Notes under the pieces: generated by a model
What the model saw: the letters and a program-made list of their open reading frames with translations, nothing else
Database searches by the model: none
Told to the model about the DNA's origin: nothing
From: a virus
Length of the DNA stretch: 64,000 nt
IMG/VR virus record: IMGVR_UViG_3300009026_000007
Coordinates: 24,520 to 88,519 of that record
Reading direction: 5' to 3' (one strand)
Shown here: one piece after another, positions 28,643 through 38,046 of the stretch
Position numbering within the stretch: position 1 is the first letter of the stretch
Layout of the letters: every line of letters begins with the position of its first letter
Program-made: the position numbers and the translations under genes

Positions 28643-29053
28643 TCACAGATATTTAGAGTAAAGCATGTATTCATAAGCCTTGTCTACAAAGTTTACAAGA
28701 TTACTTGTAGTGCGAATATGTCCAGTTTTCTTGTTTAGTTGGATATTGACAATGTTTACAATCTTAGCAGCTTTAGCTTTACGGATTTTGTAGTGGGTGA
28801 AGTCAAAGGGAGCTTTGAAGTCTTTACCATGCCAATCTGTGTAAGCACCATTGTGCAGAAGACAAGCAGTGTGCACAGAAATACTCTTACGAGCTTTGTT
28901 CTCGTAGTCGTAGCTTACGAAATGTGGTGAACCGAACAGACGCCCTTCGTATTCATAATTAAGTCCACGCATGAATTCTATCAAAGATTTGAACTGAAGC
29001 TTATATGTGTCAATGATTTCTTCTGGTAGAAGGATATTTTCTGTAGCTGTCAT
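28643..29053 (-). CDS. hypothetical protein
   Basis: AAGGAG SD. Confidence 0.7.
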   Translation of the reverse strand: MTATENILLPEEIIDTYKLQFKSLIEFMRGLNYEYEGRLFGSPHFVSYDYENKARKSISVHTACLLHNGAYTDWHGKDFKAPFDFTHYKIRKAKAAKIVNIVNIQLNKKTGHIRTTSNLVNFVDKAYEYMLYSKYL

Positions 29054-29065
29054 TTAGTTTCTCCT

Positions 29066-29470
29066 TTAAATTTTAATTACTTCAACATTATTCGCACGAA
29101 GGTAGTCAAGACCCTCTGTGCTACGATATTCGTTACGATAGTAAACTTTGGTGATCCCTGCGTCAATAATATCAATTGAACAAAACTTGCAACATCCATG
29201 CGTGCAGAATAGCACGCTTCCAATAGAACTTTCATTGCTTTTTACTAAGGCAAGTAGCGCATTCTTTTCACTGTGACGTGTCTCAGGTTTAGTATTACCA
29301 CTCTCATCCTCAAGAGGACCACTAAGGAAAGCTGGCAGAGCATTATACCCTGTAGCAATAATGTTGTTATTCTTTACAATAACACTACCAACCTTAAGCC
29401 TTTGTGCAGAAGAGGTTTCAGCAACAGCTTCTGCAATCCTCATATACATAAGCTGATGTTTTAGTTTCAT
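29066..29470 (-). CDS. dCMP deaminase
   Basis: KVGSVIV...GYN...HSEKNAL...CCKFC zinc-deaminase motifs. Confidence 0.88.
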   Translation of the reverse strand: MKLKHQLMYMRIAEAVAETSSAQRLKVGSVIVKNNNIIATGYNALPAFLSGPLEDESGNTKPETRHSEKNALLALVKSNESSIGSVLFCTHGCCKFCSIDIIDAGITKVYYRNEYRSTEGLDYLRANNVEVIKI

Positions 29471-29877
29471 TAAATCTCCCCTTCCAAATAAACCCTTGCT
29501 GCAAATGTCACAAATCTTCTAGGTCCATCTTTGTAATCATACACCACCCCATCTTTAACACAAAGTGCATGACCCCTGACTAGGATGTAATATCTCCCTT
29601 TATTATGCTTCTCACAGAAGGCTTTAAGATTTATCCTCTCAGTAGTACCATATGGACCAACCTTAATCTTAGCTTTCTTGCAACTGTCTAAAGCCTTTTC
29701 AATATCTTTAAGCAGCATACCTCTACGGTTTATTCTACCATGTTTCTTCAACCAAGCATGCGCAGCTTCATAAGAACAATCGAAAGTATTAACCCAAGCT
29801 TTCACGGTACAGTCATTATGCTCTTTAAGAGATTTACTTTTACTTATAAGTTCCTCCGAGTATTTTATATGTTCCAT
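29470..29877 (-). CDS. conserved phage hypothetical (HNDCTVKA...GHALCV)
   Basis: AGGAGAG SD before MEHIK; possible Cys/His papain-like dyad. Confidence 0.65.
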   Translation of the reverse strand: MEHIKYSEELISKSKSLKEHNDCTVKAWVNTFDCSYEAAHAWLKKHGRINRRGMLLKDIEKALDSCKKAKIKVGPYGTTERINLKAFCEKHNKGRYYILVRGHALCVKDGVVYDYKDGPRRFVTFAARVYLEGEI

Positions 29878-29887
29878 TAAGTCTCTC

Positions 29888-30181
29888 CTAATTTGGTGCC
29901 TTTTGACCTTTTCGACAAGAAGTTCCCGTAGCTGATAGGCCGCCAGACTCAAGCTTCGACTTGCTTACAATATTCTTAGATGTCTTCACAACATACCTAC
30001 CAACACCAAATAGCTCATCACACTTATCTTGCGCTAACTTCCTATCACTTGTCTTATAGAAATAATAGTCTTGCATAGCACTCATTGAAAAGAAACTTCC
30101 AGGCTCAACGAAGTCATATGACGTGTAGTCGGTGAATGAGACGATAACCACTTCGATATCTTTAGGTTTCTTTTCAGTCAC
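29888..30181 (-). CDS. hypothetical protein
   Basis: 97-aa ORF. Confidence 0.65.
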   Translation of the reverse strand: MTEKKPKDIEVVIVSFTDYTSYDFVEPGSFFSMSAMQDYYFYKTSDRKLAQDKCDELFGVGRYVVKTSKNIVSKSKLESGGLSATGTSCRKGQKAPN

Positions 30182-30531
30182 TCTACTTCCCTCTTGCTAA
30201 CTGAAATAAATGCAAAACCTTCTGTTAAATAACAATCTGAATCTTTAAACTCCTCAGCTTTTTCTTCTGTATTAAATACACCTAGGATATCTGTACCACC
30301 TGAATCAAAACCTTGCACAATCCATACATAACTCATTGCCAATCCCCTTGAGCGTATTCCAAGTCTACTTCTTGATTCCAGAAAGGATCTACATCAAAAT
30401 TGTGCTCATGTATACACAAAAAATCTTCGTAGTCATCACCAAGCTCATAAACCAAATCATTCAAATTCATTTTAGTCTCCTTTGTGTTAATCTGTCGCTA
30501 TTGTAAGCCGACAGATTGTTTAAGTCAACAA

Positions 30532-31323
30532 CTATTTTACAATTACTTCGTCAGCATCGTCTACTTTGACTGGTTTTGGTTTAGATTTCCGGGCTAACTT
30601 CTTAGCAGCTTCGTCTTTTTGTTTGTCGTATGCAATTAGAGCTTTTGTCACAGCTTGTTCAACGATTTCATCAATTGTAGGCATGTCGTCAAAGCTTTCT
30701 TCTTCCTCAAGAGCAGCTAGGCGTTGATTCTGGGGGCAGTCAGATGATCCGCAATCACAAGGTTGTGACTTTTGGTACTCATAGAAGTTTTCCATTCGCC
30801 GCTCAAGTTCTTTAGCGCCAAACCAGAACTCCTTGCCTTCATTACAGAGTTCTAACTCACGATCATCCAGTAGGCCACTATAGGTTGAGATAATTTCCTC
30901 TTCCATTTGTTTCAAACCAAACTCAGTCTGACTCTTGATATCAGGATTTTTACCAATTGCACCCCACCATGCGCAATGTGCCATAAACTGAATGTGTGGT
31001 GCCCAACCATGCTGTTTACAAGCCAAAAAGATACCTGTTGCAGCGCTCATGCAGTCATACTCAATGAAACCTACAACATTCGCTTCTGATTCTTGAACTG
31101 CGTTTACGATCATCCGTTCCGATGCAACAGATCCACCTCTTGAATTTATACGGATCAAAATTTCGTCTTGTGAACCTGAGCTACGAAGGATATTGCACAA
31201 GTCTACATAGTTTTCTGGTTCGGTAATTGGACCTGTCAAATAGTAAGTATGCTGTGAGCCTCGAACCTCTGTTGTAAAGATGTTCTTAGGTGAGAACATT
31301 GGGATAAAACTTTCTTCACTCAT
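30532..31323 (-). CDS. clpP: ClpP-like serine protease
   Basis: RINSRGG, CMSAATGIF, FMAH; acidic/basic C-terminal extension. Confidence 0.85.
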   Translation of the reverse strand: MSEESFIPMFSPKNIFTTEVRGSQHTYYLTGPITEPENYVDLCNILRSSGSQDEILIRINSRGGSVASERMIVNAVQESEANVVGFIEYDCMSAATGIFLACKQHGWAPHIQFMAHCAWWGAIGKNPDIKSQTEFGLKQMEEEIISTYSGLLDDRELELCNEGKEFWFGAKELERRMENFYEYQKSQPCDCGSSDCPQNQRLAALEEEESFDDMPTIDEIVEQAVTKALIAYDKQKDEAAKKLARKSKPKPVKVDDADEVIVK

Positions 31324-31324
31324 A

Positions 31325-32065
31325 TTATTTATTCTCCCGTTCTTTAGCTTTAACCATGGCTTTACAAAGGCCCGACCTAACAATATCGTTACTGTCTGCT
31401 TTGATCACTTTAATATGTTTGGTGAGTTCAGGGTTATTTTCAACAAACCCCTCTAGCCAATCAATTGCATTCAATCCACGAATATCGCTCTGGTTGGGGT
31501 CTCCGATGACTATGAGTTTTGAGCCAGTCTCCATTCGAGTAAGTAGTGTGTAAAGCTCATCTGGATGCAAGCTTTGTCCTTCATCGATAATCATCACCCC
31601 TTCAACACTACGACCACGGCTATATTCCGGGGCCAGAAGCTCAATTGAACCATTTGCAAGGCAGTTCTCGTAGTAACTTTTACCGTAACGCTTCCACAGC
31701 ACCTCCAGAAGAGGCATTAAGTACGGTTCAAACTTTTGCTGAAGTGTAGAAGGAAGCATACCAAGGCTACGACCCATAGGAATTACAGCCCGAGTTAATG
31801 TAATCTTGTCATAAACACCTTTCTTCAACCAATCAGCAGCTTCACTCATGGTCAGATAGCTTTTACCTACGCCTGCGGGAGCTGAGAAGACAACAACATC
31901 AAACTCCTTAAGCGCGTTTAAGAACAACTTCTGTACATCTGTCTTTGCAGTTACTGGAACAGCAAGATAACTTTCATCTTGAAACTTACTCTTAATAACA
32001 CGACCAACTTCTGATTTCTTTTCCCAGCGTTGTTGTACAGTTTGTTCCAAGCTGCGCTTAGCCAT
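31325..32065 (-). CDS. phoH: PhoH-family ATPase
   Basis: APAGVGKS, GMLP, RGRS, IIDEGQ, LLTR, GDPNQSD, DIVRS. Confidence 0.93.
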   Translation of the reverse strand: MAKRSLEQTVQQRWEKKSEVGRVIKSKFQDESYLAVPVTAKTDVQKLFLNALKEFDVVVFSAPAGVGKSYLTMSEAADWLKKGVYDKITLTRAVIPMGRSLGMLPSTLQQKFEPYLMPLLEVLWKRYGKSYYENCLANGSIELLAPEYSRGRSVEGVMIIDEGQSLHPDELYTLLTRMETGSKLIVIGDPNQSDIRGLNAIDWLEGFVENNPELTKHIKVIKADSNDIVRSGLCKAMVKAKERENK

Positions 32066-32076
32066 AATTTAATTCC

Positions 32077-32751
32077 TTACAGTGATTTAGTTTCTACGCC
32101 GTTTGCATTTTCCAGCCTCAAATTCCAAACTCTTTTCATTAAAGCCTCAGCAACATCTGTACGAAAACACTCCTCCTGTGCGTATTTTGAGATATATTTT
32201 TCTAGCTCTCTAGTCCTTGCAAGCTGCCAAACAGCGTGTGCTTCTTTTTCAGTATGAAACTGACCTAAGAATTCTCTTTTACCATTTAACAAATTAACAT
32301 CAGAACGAAACTTTTTAGATTTTTCTTTCTTGACACGTTTGTCTATTTGTACACCAAAAGCAAGACCATTGTTGTTTCCATTGTTCACAGAAAGACAAGT
32401 GTTTAACCATGCTGGCACAAATGCACAAGTGTTAGGTCCATACTGTTTGTTACCCTTCACCAATATATCCTTGTCTAAATGTAGACCTTTCCAGTTCTGT
32501 GTTTCCATCCAACCTTTGAAATTGGAAGCATATAGCCAAGACTCGTGAACACTAGAACCTAAATAGTTATTACCAGATTTTCGTGTGTAGTCTGGGTGGG
32601 TTCTTGTTAAAACATCTTTCCATCTATTGTAAAATGGACATAGCTTTTGCTTATTTTTGCCATTAACTTGTTCATAAATTCCTACTGGGTAAGGTAAATC
32701 ATTTACTCCTACACCAGCAACCAATTTATTTGAACTTTTCTTCCCTCCCAA
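32077..32751 (-). CDS. HNH-type homing endonuclease with an AP2-like C-terminus
   Basis: VAGVGVND...SNFKGWM...HLDKDIL..GNKQYGPNTCAFVP...LGQFHTEKEAH. Confidence 0.8.
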   Translation of the reverse strand: MGGKKSSNKLVAGVGVNDLPYPVGIYEQVNGKNKQKLCPFYNRWKDVLTRTHPDYTRKSGNNYLGSSVHESWLYASNFKGWMETQNWKGLHLDKDILVKGNKQYGPNTCAFVPAWLNTCLSVNNGNNNGLAFGVQIDKRVKKEKSKKFRSDVNLLNGKREFLGQFHTEKEAHAVWQLARTRELEKYISKYAQEECFRTDVAEALMKRVWNLRLENANGVETKSL

Positions 32752-32791
32752 GATACCACCTCACTACGTTAATTAATATTACCAACCACTC

Positions 32792-35034
32792 CTACCCTAC
32801 CACAAACACAATCTCACCACTTTCCTCTACACTATCCCACCAACTCTGCCTTTCCTTGTGTTTCTCAGTACACCTCATCTCGGTCTCAATCGTCGCAATA
32901 GCCTTCTCAAAAGAGACATCACCTTCCACTAGTATAGCAACAGTTGCAATTATATTCAAGAGATATTCTTTACCACCGCCAACATAATACACTAAACCAG
33001 ATTCTGATGTGTATACTCCGTTTGATAGGGTTCCTCGTACTGTGTCCATTATTTGTTCTCCTTGATCAACTCAAGAGACTTCTTAGCAGCTTTAAGAGAT
33101 TCTTCAGCTTTCTTTACAGCTTCAGTAGCAGCAAGCTCTTCTTTGGTTGGGATTTTAACAACATCAAGCTTCACTAATCTGGTTTCCCAGTATACTCCCT
33201 CATAACCTTGAAAATATGTTTCACCTATAATATAATATTTACAGATTTTATCTGATGCTATCATTCCTTCATATACACCATTACGACTAGGTAAACGTTC
33301 TTCTGTTTGTATCACATTGGTCAGTTGCTTTTGTGGCCTAAACATTTATCTCTCCTTAAAAGTCTTCAACAATCTGCTGATAACTAGCAGCACTCTTCAA
33401 CACAGATTCTAGCACTTTCCCTTGATAAGTCAAGCCATTGTGAATAATCACTAAGAATTCTTTTTCAAAAGGTACTTGCAAGCAATTACCTGTGTACTTA
33501 AGCTTCTTCAAAGGAAGCCCTTCAATATTCCCATACTTTGCATCAAAGGCTATGACACCCGATACGCTGCGGATATTACCTTCGTAGAAATAGAGAAATC
33601 CAGAGGTCGTTCTGAAGACAAGTGATGTACGCTCATCGTTGATGATGAGGCTGTCTAGTGTTTCTCGTTTAAGTTCTTTGAAATCTGTCACTCTTGTTCT
33701 CCGTGAAGTTCTGCATAATACTCATCTGCAAGAGAACAAACAACCTCTACATGAGTAAGTGGTTTAGTGCAAGCACCACCAGTCACATGTTCAAAGATAC
33801 GTGGGACATTTTGAATGAGACGATGGAAGTCATGAAGCTCTTTCTTTATTTGGTCAAAGTCAATTATCCCATCCACCTCAACTAAATCTTTCCAAAAGTC
33901 TTCATACGTTTGTTCGTAATCTTTAAGCATCTTACTTCTCCTCATGATTTGGTAGGACATTATCTCTATGGTATAAATTATTCGCTTTCAAGACTGAGGA
34001 TAGCACACGATTCTCTTCTGTCAAAGCTTTCTTTTCCTCTAATGTCTGTTTGACCAAATACTCCAATGCTTTGTGGTAAGGCATATTCAGGATATTTGGG
34101 CGCATAAGTAGTTCCTGAATCGTTCCCGAGAGGCGATCTGGATCAAGACCAACAAGGAAGCGTATCTCGTTTTCTTTCATGTGTTTTCCTCGGTAACTCT
34201 GGATTTATTCATACTTCCCTGCCATGTACACGAATGCACCCATCAATGAAACTCTGATACTCAGCCTGATCTACTGAAACAAGCTCTGCTTGAGAAACAG
34301 CATATTCAACATCACCACGAATATAGTCATTAAACCATTGAGTAAGGTGATGTTCATCATTAATGATTTTATGCTTAAGTTGTTCATGAGTTTGAGGCTC
34401 AGCGATGTCATCTTCATCCTGCCACTGAATAGCTGTATCTGCATAATCCTCAGCAATCCGTTCAGGAGACCACCGATAGGTGTGTCCGAAATTAGTCTTA
34501 ACAATAAATTCTTTCATCAAACCCTCCAGCAGCTATTCATATTGTACGGTGGTACAAGGTAAATTTCAGCAAATGCGTTAGCAGACTCTCTTGTAGAGAA
34601 CTCGGCTAGCTTCTCACGTTTATAGAATATTGCAAAGCGTTTCTTGCCATAGGGTTTTTCTATTAGCTTTAGTTTGGTCATTTTGATACTTCCAGAAGAT
34701 CTGTCAACCAAGATAGTTTAGATTCTTCTGTCTCTCCACACAAATCCATCCAAACGTTGACAATTTCTTCTGTTGTCATGTCACAGAAATCTTTTGGTGG
34801 GGAAATGATCAGAGTCTTGTCAGTCCAGTTAAGAATTCCACCCTCATAACAGTCTGGCCAATAAAACATCTTACCTTCACTATAATCCGCGATACCGTGG
34901 CAGTGATAACCATCCATACTCAGATAAGTAAGTTTAGGATATTTCTGGTTTAGAATAAGGTATGCCATCCACTGTGGTTTGTCTTGATCAGGAAATAATG
35001 TTTGTTGTATAAGGTGCGTTGCCAGATTACTCAT
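32792..35034 (-). CDS. cluster of small hypothetical proteins (32792-33049, 33049-33345, 33356-33691, 33688-33960, 33932-34180, 34209-34520, 34517-34681, 34678-35034)
   Basis: Packed minus-strand ORFs with SDs, downstream of a TTGCAA-17-TATGAT promoter at ~35095-35067. Confidence 0.6.
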
Positions 35035-35200
35035 TTTCTATATCTCCTTCTGTATTTGATATAAGAATCATAGCATAGTGATCGATAGATTGCAAGGGTA
35101 TTTTTGAGTAATTTATGTGTGGTTAGATTTTATTGGAATAGGTGGTTGACATGGGGATATTTTAGGAGTAGTCTTGTTGGTGTGGATTAAAGCTACTTAA

Positions 35201-35470
35201 TTTGTCCTATAGTATGGGACATTTGAGGTCATATGTATAGGACAAAAGGTCTCTTTATATAGAATGATTGAGATAGAAAGAAAATATAGATTTTAAAAGC
35301 TTTATAGGTCTTAACATCCTATACTTGACAAACAGAGAAGCGAAGCGTAAGATTGTAGTATTCAGCAAGCTTTTGATTTGAGAGTGCAGGGCTTTTGTTC
35401 TTTTATCATGCTTGGTGCAAGAACGAAGTGATAGAGAAAGAAACGAGTATGGGATCTTTTGTCCTATACT
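35201..35470. repeat. Six copies, in both orientations, of an iteron/operator-like motif (TG)TCC(T/C)ATAC(T)
   Basis: TTTGTCCTATA 35201; AGTATGGGACA 35211; GTATAGGACAAAA 35235; CATCCTATACT 35315; AGTATGGGATC 35446; TTTTGTCCTATACT 35457. Confidence 0.75.
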
Positions 35471-35499
35471 AATGAGATAAATAACGTAGGAGATACAAA

Positions 35500-35625
35500 A
35501 TGAGTCTGATTATCCCTCGACCACTGCTTTCTTGGATTGATGAGAATCGTGGCGAGATGAGCCGACAATCCTTTATTCTGAAATGTATGTTCAAACTAAA
35601 GGAGATTCAAGACATGAATAAGTAA
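35500..35625 (+). CDS. ribbon-helix-helix (CopG/Arc-like) DNA-binding protein, 41 aa
   Basis: AGGAG SD; MSLIIPRPLLSWIDENRGEMSRQSFILKC fits the RHH pattern. Confidence 0.7.
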   Translation: MSLIIPRPLLSWIDENRGEMSRQSFILKCMFKLKEIQDMNK

Positions 35626-35684
35626 AAGCAAAGCTTCATAAAAACTATAGATTTACAAGACTAAATAACTAAAGGTGTACAAAT

Positions 35685-36167
35685 GTGAACACAGATGAAT
35701 TCTACAAGCTACCCAAGAGCCTAGCATTGGCAGATGGGTATATCAGCAAGAAGACAGGAGAAGCTGTAAAGCTGTCCGCAAGCAGTAAGATTATCTATGC
35801 TTACATGCTAAGTAAAAATGAGTTCTTTACTGAAACTCTGAAAGGTCAGCACTACGAAGCACAATCTACTATTGCTAAATGTTGTGGTGTGGAATACAAA
35901 GCAGCAGGAAAAATCCTAAGATCCTTTCTTGATCATAATATTATGGAAGGTAGAAAGTTGAGACCCGATTCTGGTCAATGGCGATGGTTTTATTACAAGG
36001 TGCATTCTGATTTAGTGTTGTGGGAAGGTAGTGTTGCAGACTTCAATATACTTGAGGAAGAAAAGCCTAAGTATTCGGAGAAAGTAGTGCCTAAAGCTAC
36101 GCAAACAAATAAACCATATCACCATCAACCCATTGATGATTGGGATGATTCACAACTACCTTTTTAG
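35685..36167 (+). CDS. winged-helix protein, RepA_N/replication-initiator-like, with an acidic SSB-like tail
   Basis: FYKLPKSL...LSASSKIIYAYM...QSTIAKCCGV; ends DDWDDSQLPF. Confidence 0.6.
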   Translation: MNTDEFYKLPKSLALADGYISKKTGEAVKLSASSKIIYAYMLSKNEFFTETLKGQHYEAQSTIAKCCGVEYKAAGKILRSFLDHNIMEGRKLRPDSGQWRWFYYKVHSDLVLWEGSVADFNILEEEKPKYSEKVVPKATQTNKPYHHQPIDDWDDSQLPF

Positions 36168-36175
36168 GATAAAAT

Positions 36176-36706
36176 ATGAAATTTGTAGAGTATATGAAAA
36201 TCAGAAATACCAACCCCAAGAAAAAGAATAGTCTTAGTACAGCCGAGGCAAACATTTTGGGAGTTGATATGAGTATCAGAGGCTGGATGACCAAAGATAC
36301 CAATCTAACAGACGATCAGGTAGAGAGGGCAGTTGACTTCGCACTTAAGTCTAAATTTATGAGGCAAGGTGTTAAAGATAACCTGCGTCCACTGTATATG
36401 AAACAACTTGACGGTATGGACTCACAGTGCGTGTATCTCATGGAAAATGAACTAGGTATGTTGAAAATTGGCATTAGTAATAATCCAATAAAACGTGCAA
36501 GGTCACTAAGCACAGGCAGTGGATTATCTGTAAATCTGCTTTGTTATTGGCAGATAGCTAATCCGGCAAGAAGTACAGAGGCAAAACTTCATAGACTATT
36601 CAATCAATTCAAAGTAAGTGGTGAATGGTTTAAGAGGGATAGTTTCGACAAAGAAGACATTGAATCAAACTTTAATTTTTCTTTTATTAGAAAAGATTTT
36701 GATTGA
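36176..36706 (+). CDS. GIY-YIG/T5orf172-family nuclease
   Basis: VYLM...KIGISNNPxKRxRxL...EAKLHRLF...GEWF. Confidence 0.85.
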   Translation: MKFVEYMKIRNTNPKKKNSLSTAEANILGVDMSIRGWMTKDTNLTDDQVERAVDFALKSKFMRQGVKDNLRPLYMKQLDGMDSQCVYLMENELGMLKIGISNNPIKRARSLSTGSGLSVNLLCYWQIANPARSTEAKLHRLFNQFKVSGEWFKRDSFDKEDIESNFNFSFIRKDFD

Positions 36707-36772
36707 TGCTTGACAAATAGCATTTGAGTATGTTTTACTAACAACTTGAACTTAAACAACGGAGTCCACATT

Positions 36773-36949
36773 ATGGGCGAGATTTGCTTTTGCTCACAAT
36801 GTGGGCGTATTAATAACTATTGTGTATGTGATATCATTGTTGAGTATTTGGAAGATAATGACCCCGACTTCAAATTTGAGTGGGCTCATGAGTCAACGAC
36901 AGAATTGAAGTCAACATCATTTAGAATTATTTTACCAATCTATGAATAA
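36773..36949 (+). CDS. small Cys-rich hypothetical protein
   Basis: GGAG SD, MGEICFCSQCG. Confidence 0.5.
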   Translation: MGEICFCSQCGRINNYCVCDIIVEYLEDNDPDFKFEWAHESTTELKSTSFRIILPIYE

Positions 36950-36953
36950 ATAC

Positions 36954-36982
36954 TTGACAAATAACTATTATTCATATAAACT
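36954..36982 (+). promoter_or_regulatory. sigma70-like promoter of the ncRNA/tRNA region
   Basis: TTGACA-17-TAAACT. Confidence 0.7.
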
Positions 36983-37022
36983 AAAAGAACTGAATCAGAA
37001 AAGATTTATGAGAAGTCAGATA

Positions 37023-37100
37023 GCCTTCCCCTCTTAGACATACGAGCTTTGAGATTCGTGAGGTTATCGAAAGGTCAGAACACCACTGACGGAAGCCACC
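37023..37100 (+). ncRNA. degenerate tRNA-like element
   Basis: GCCTTCC/GGAAGCC-ACC acceptor-like stem, GTCAG-7nt-CTGAC arm, ACGAG/TTCGT hairpin with CTTTGAG in the loop. Confidence 0.35.
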
Positions 37101-37386
37101 GGTGTAGATGTATTTATACATACTATCTGGTCTGTCGCTGACACAGCCTCTCACTTAACACATTCAATCTTGACGAAGATTGTCTAATTCCCTTAAAGGG
37201 GCTTGAAGAATTCTGACGAGAGTTTAAAGTCTTCCCTTTGTGTGACGGGGAGCAATGAATTATGGGCTGCGCAACAGCCATTAAAAACAAGTAACGGTAA
37301 GACCTTTTCAGCAAGTCTCCCTTTGTGGGGTTTGTTACATTGTCCCTGTTGCGACATCCGGCGACTTGACTAAAGAGGTCTTATTT

Positions 37387-37953
37387 ATGAAAATTGAGCT
37401 AAAAGAGCCTTATTCTTCTGATTGGAAACTTGGTTATTTGAGAATTTCTAGTTTAGATGGAAGAAAAAGATTAGATTTATTTAATTCAAGTACAGAAAGA
37501 ACGACTACAGCTTTTGCTAGATATTTAATGTCAGTTAAAATTGGAAGGTATTTGACAGAAGATGAAGAAGCTGATCACATAGATAATGATGCAACAAATG
37601 ATTCAATAGAAAATCTACAAGTACTTAGTGTAGAGGAACATAAAGCTAAGACTAAAAGATTCGTTGAGGGTCGAATATTTAAAACCTGTGTTTGTAGTTA
37701 TTGTGGTATAGAATTTGAAAGGGAAGTCAGACAAATTAAGTCTGATAAAACCTTGTGTTCAAGGTCTTGTAATGCAAAATACAACAGGGAGTTTGGGTCT
37801 TGGACCGGAAAGCTCAAAAAGCACACCCAAGAAGAAGTAGATAAAATAGTGGAGCTAAGAGCTTCGGGTTTATCAGACTATAAAATATCCGATATAATTG
37901 GTATTCATAGGTCTAAAATACAAAGACTTCGTATTGAGCTTGGTATTAAATAG
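37387..37953 (+). CDS. HNH homing endonuclease with Zn finger and C-terminal HTH
   Basis: ARYLM...ADHIDNDATNDSIENLQVL...H; CxxC...CSRSC. Confidence 0.88.
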   Translation: MKIELKEPYSSDWKLGYLRISSLDGRKRLDLFNSSTERTTTAFARYLMSVKIGRYLTEDEEADHIDNDATNDSIENLQVLSVEEHKAKTKRFVEGRIFKTCVCSYCGIEFEREVRQIKSDKTLCSRSCNAKYNREFGSWTGKLKKHTQEEVDKIVELRASGLSDYKISDIIGIHRSKIQRLRIELGIK

Positions 37954-38039
37954 TCTCTGTCCCTCACGAGGTCTTCTAAGCCTTTGACATTAAACTAGAG
38001 GATGGATGTCACGGAGTTCGATACTTCCAGAGACTACCA
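37952..38039 (+). tRNA. non-canonical tRNA-Arg(TCT): 8/4 fold, no ordinary D-arm, long variable arm
   Basis: AGTCTCTG/CAGAGACT-A-CCA; GAGGT-CTTCTAA-GCCTT; TGACAT/ATGTCA; GGAG-TTCGATA-CTTC. Confidence 0.75.
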
Positions 38040-38046
38040 GTTTCAC

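Noticed and set aside
37086-37250. Recurrent TGAC(G) words suggesting a repeat-spacer or box C/D array
   Set aside because: Spacing is irregular and the match is only 4-5 nt; better explained by hairpins.
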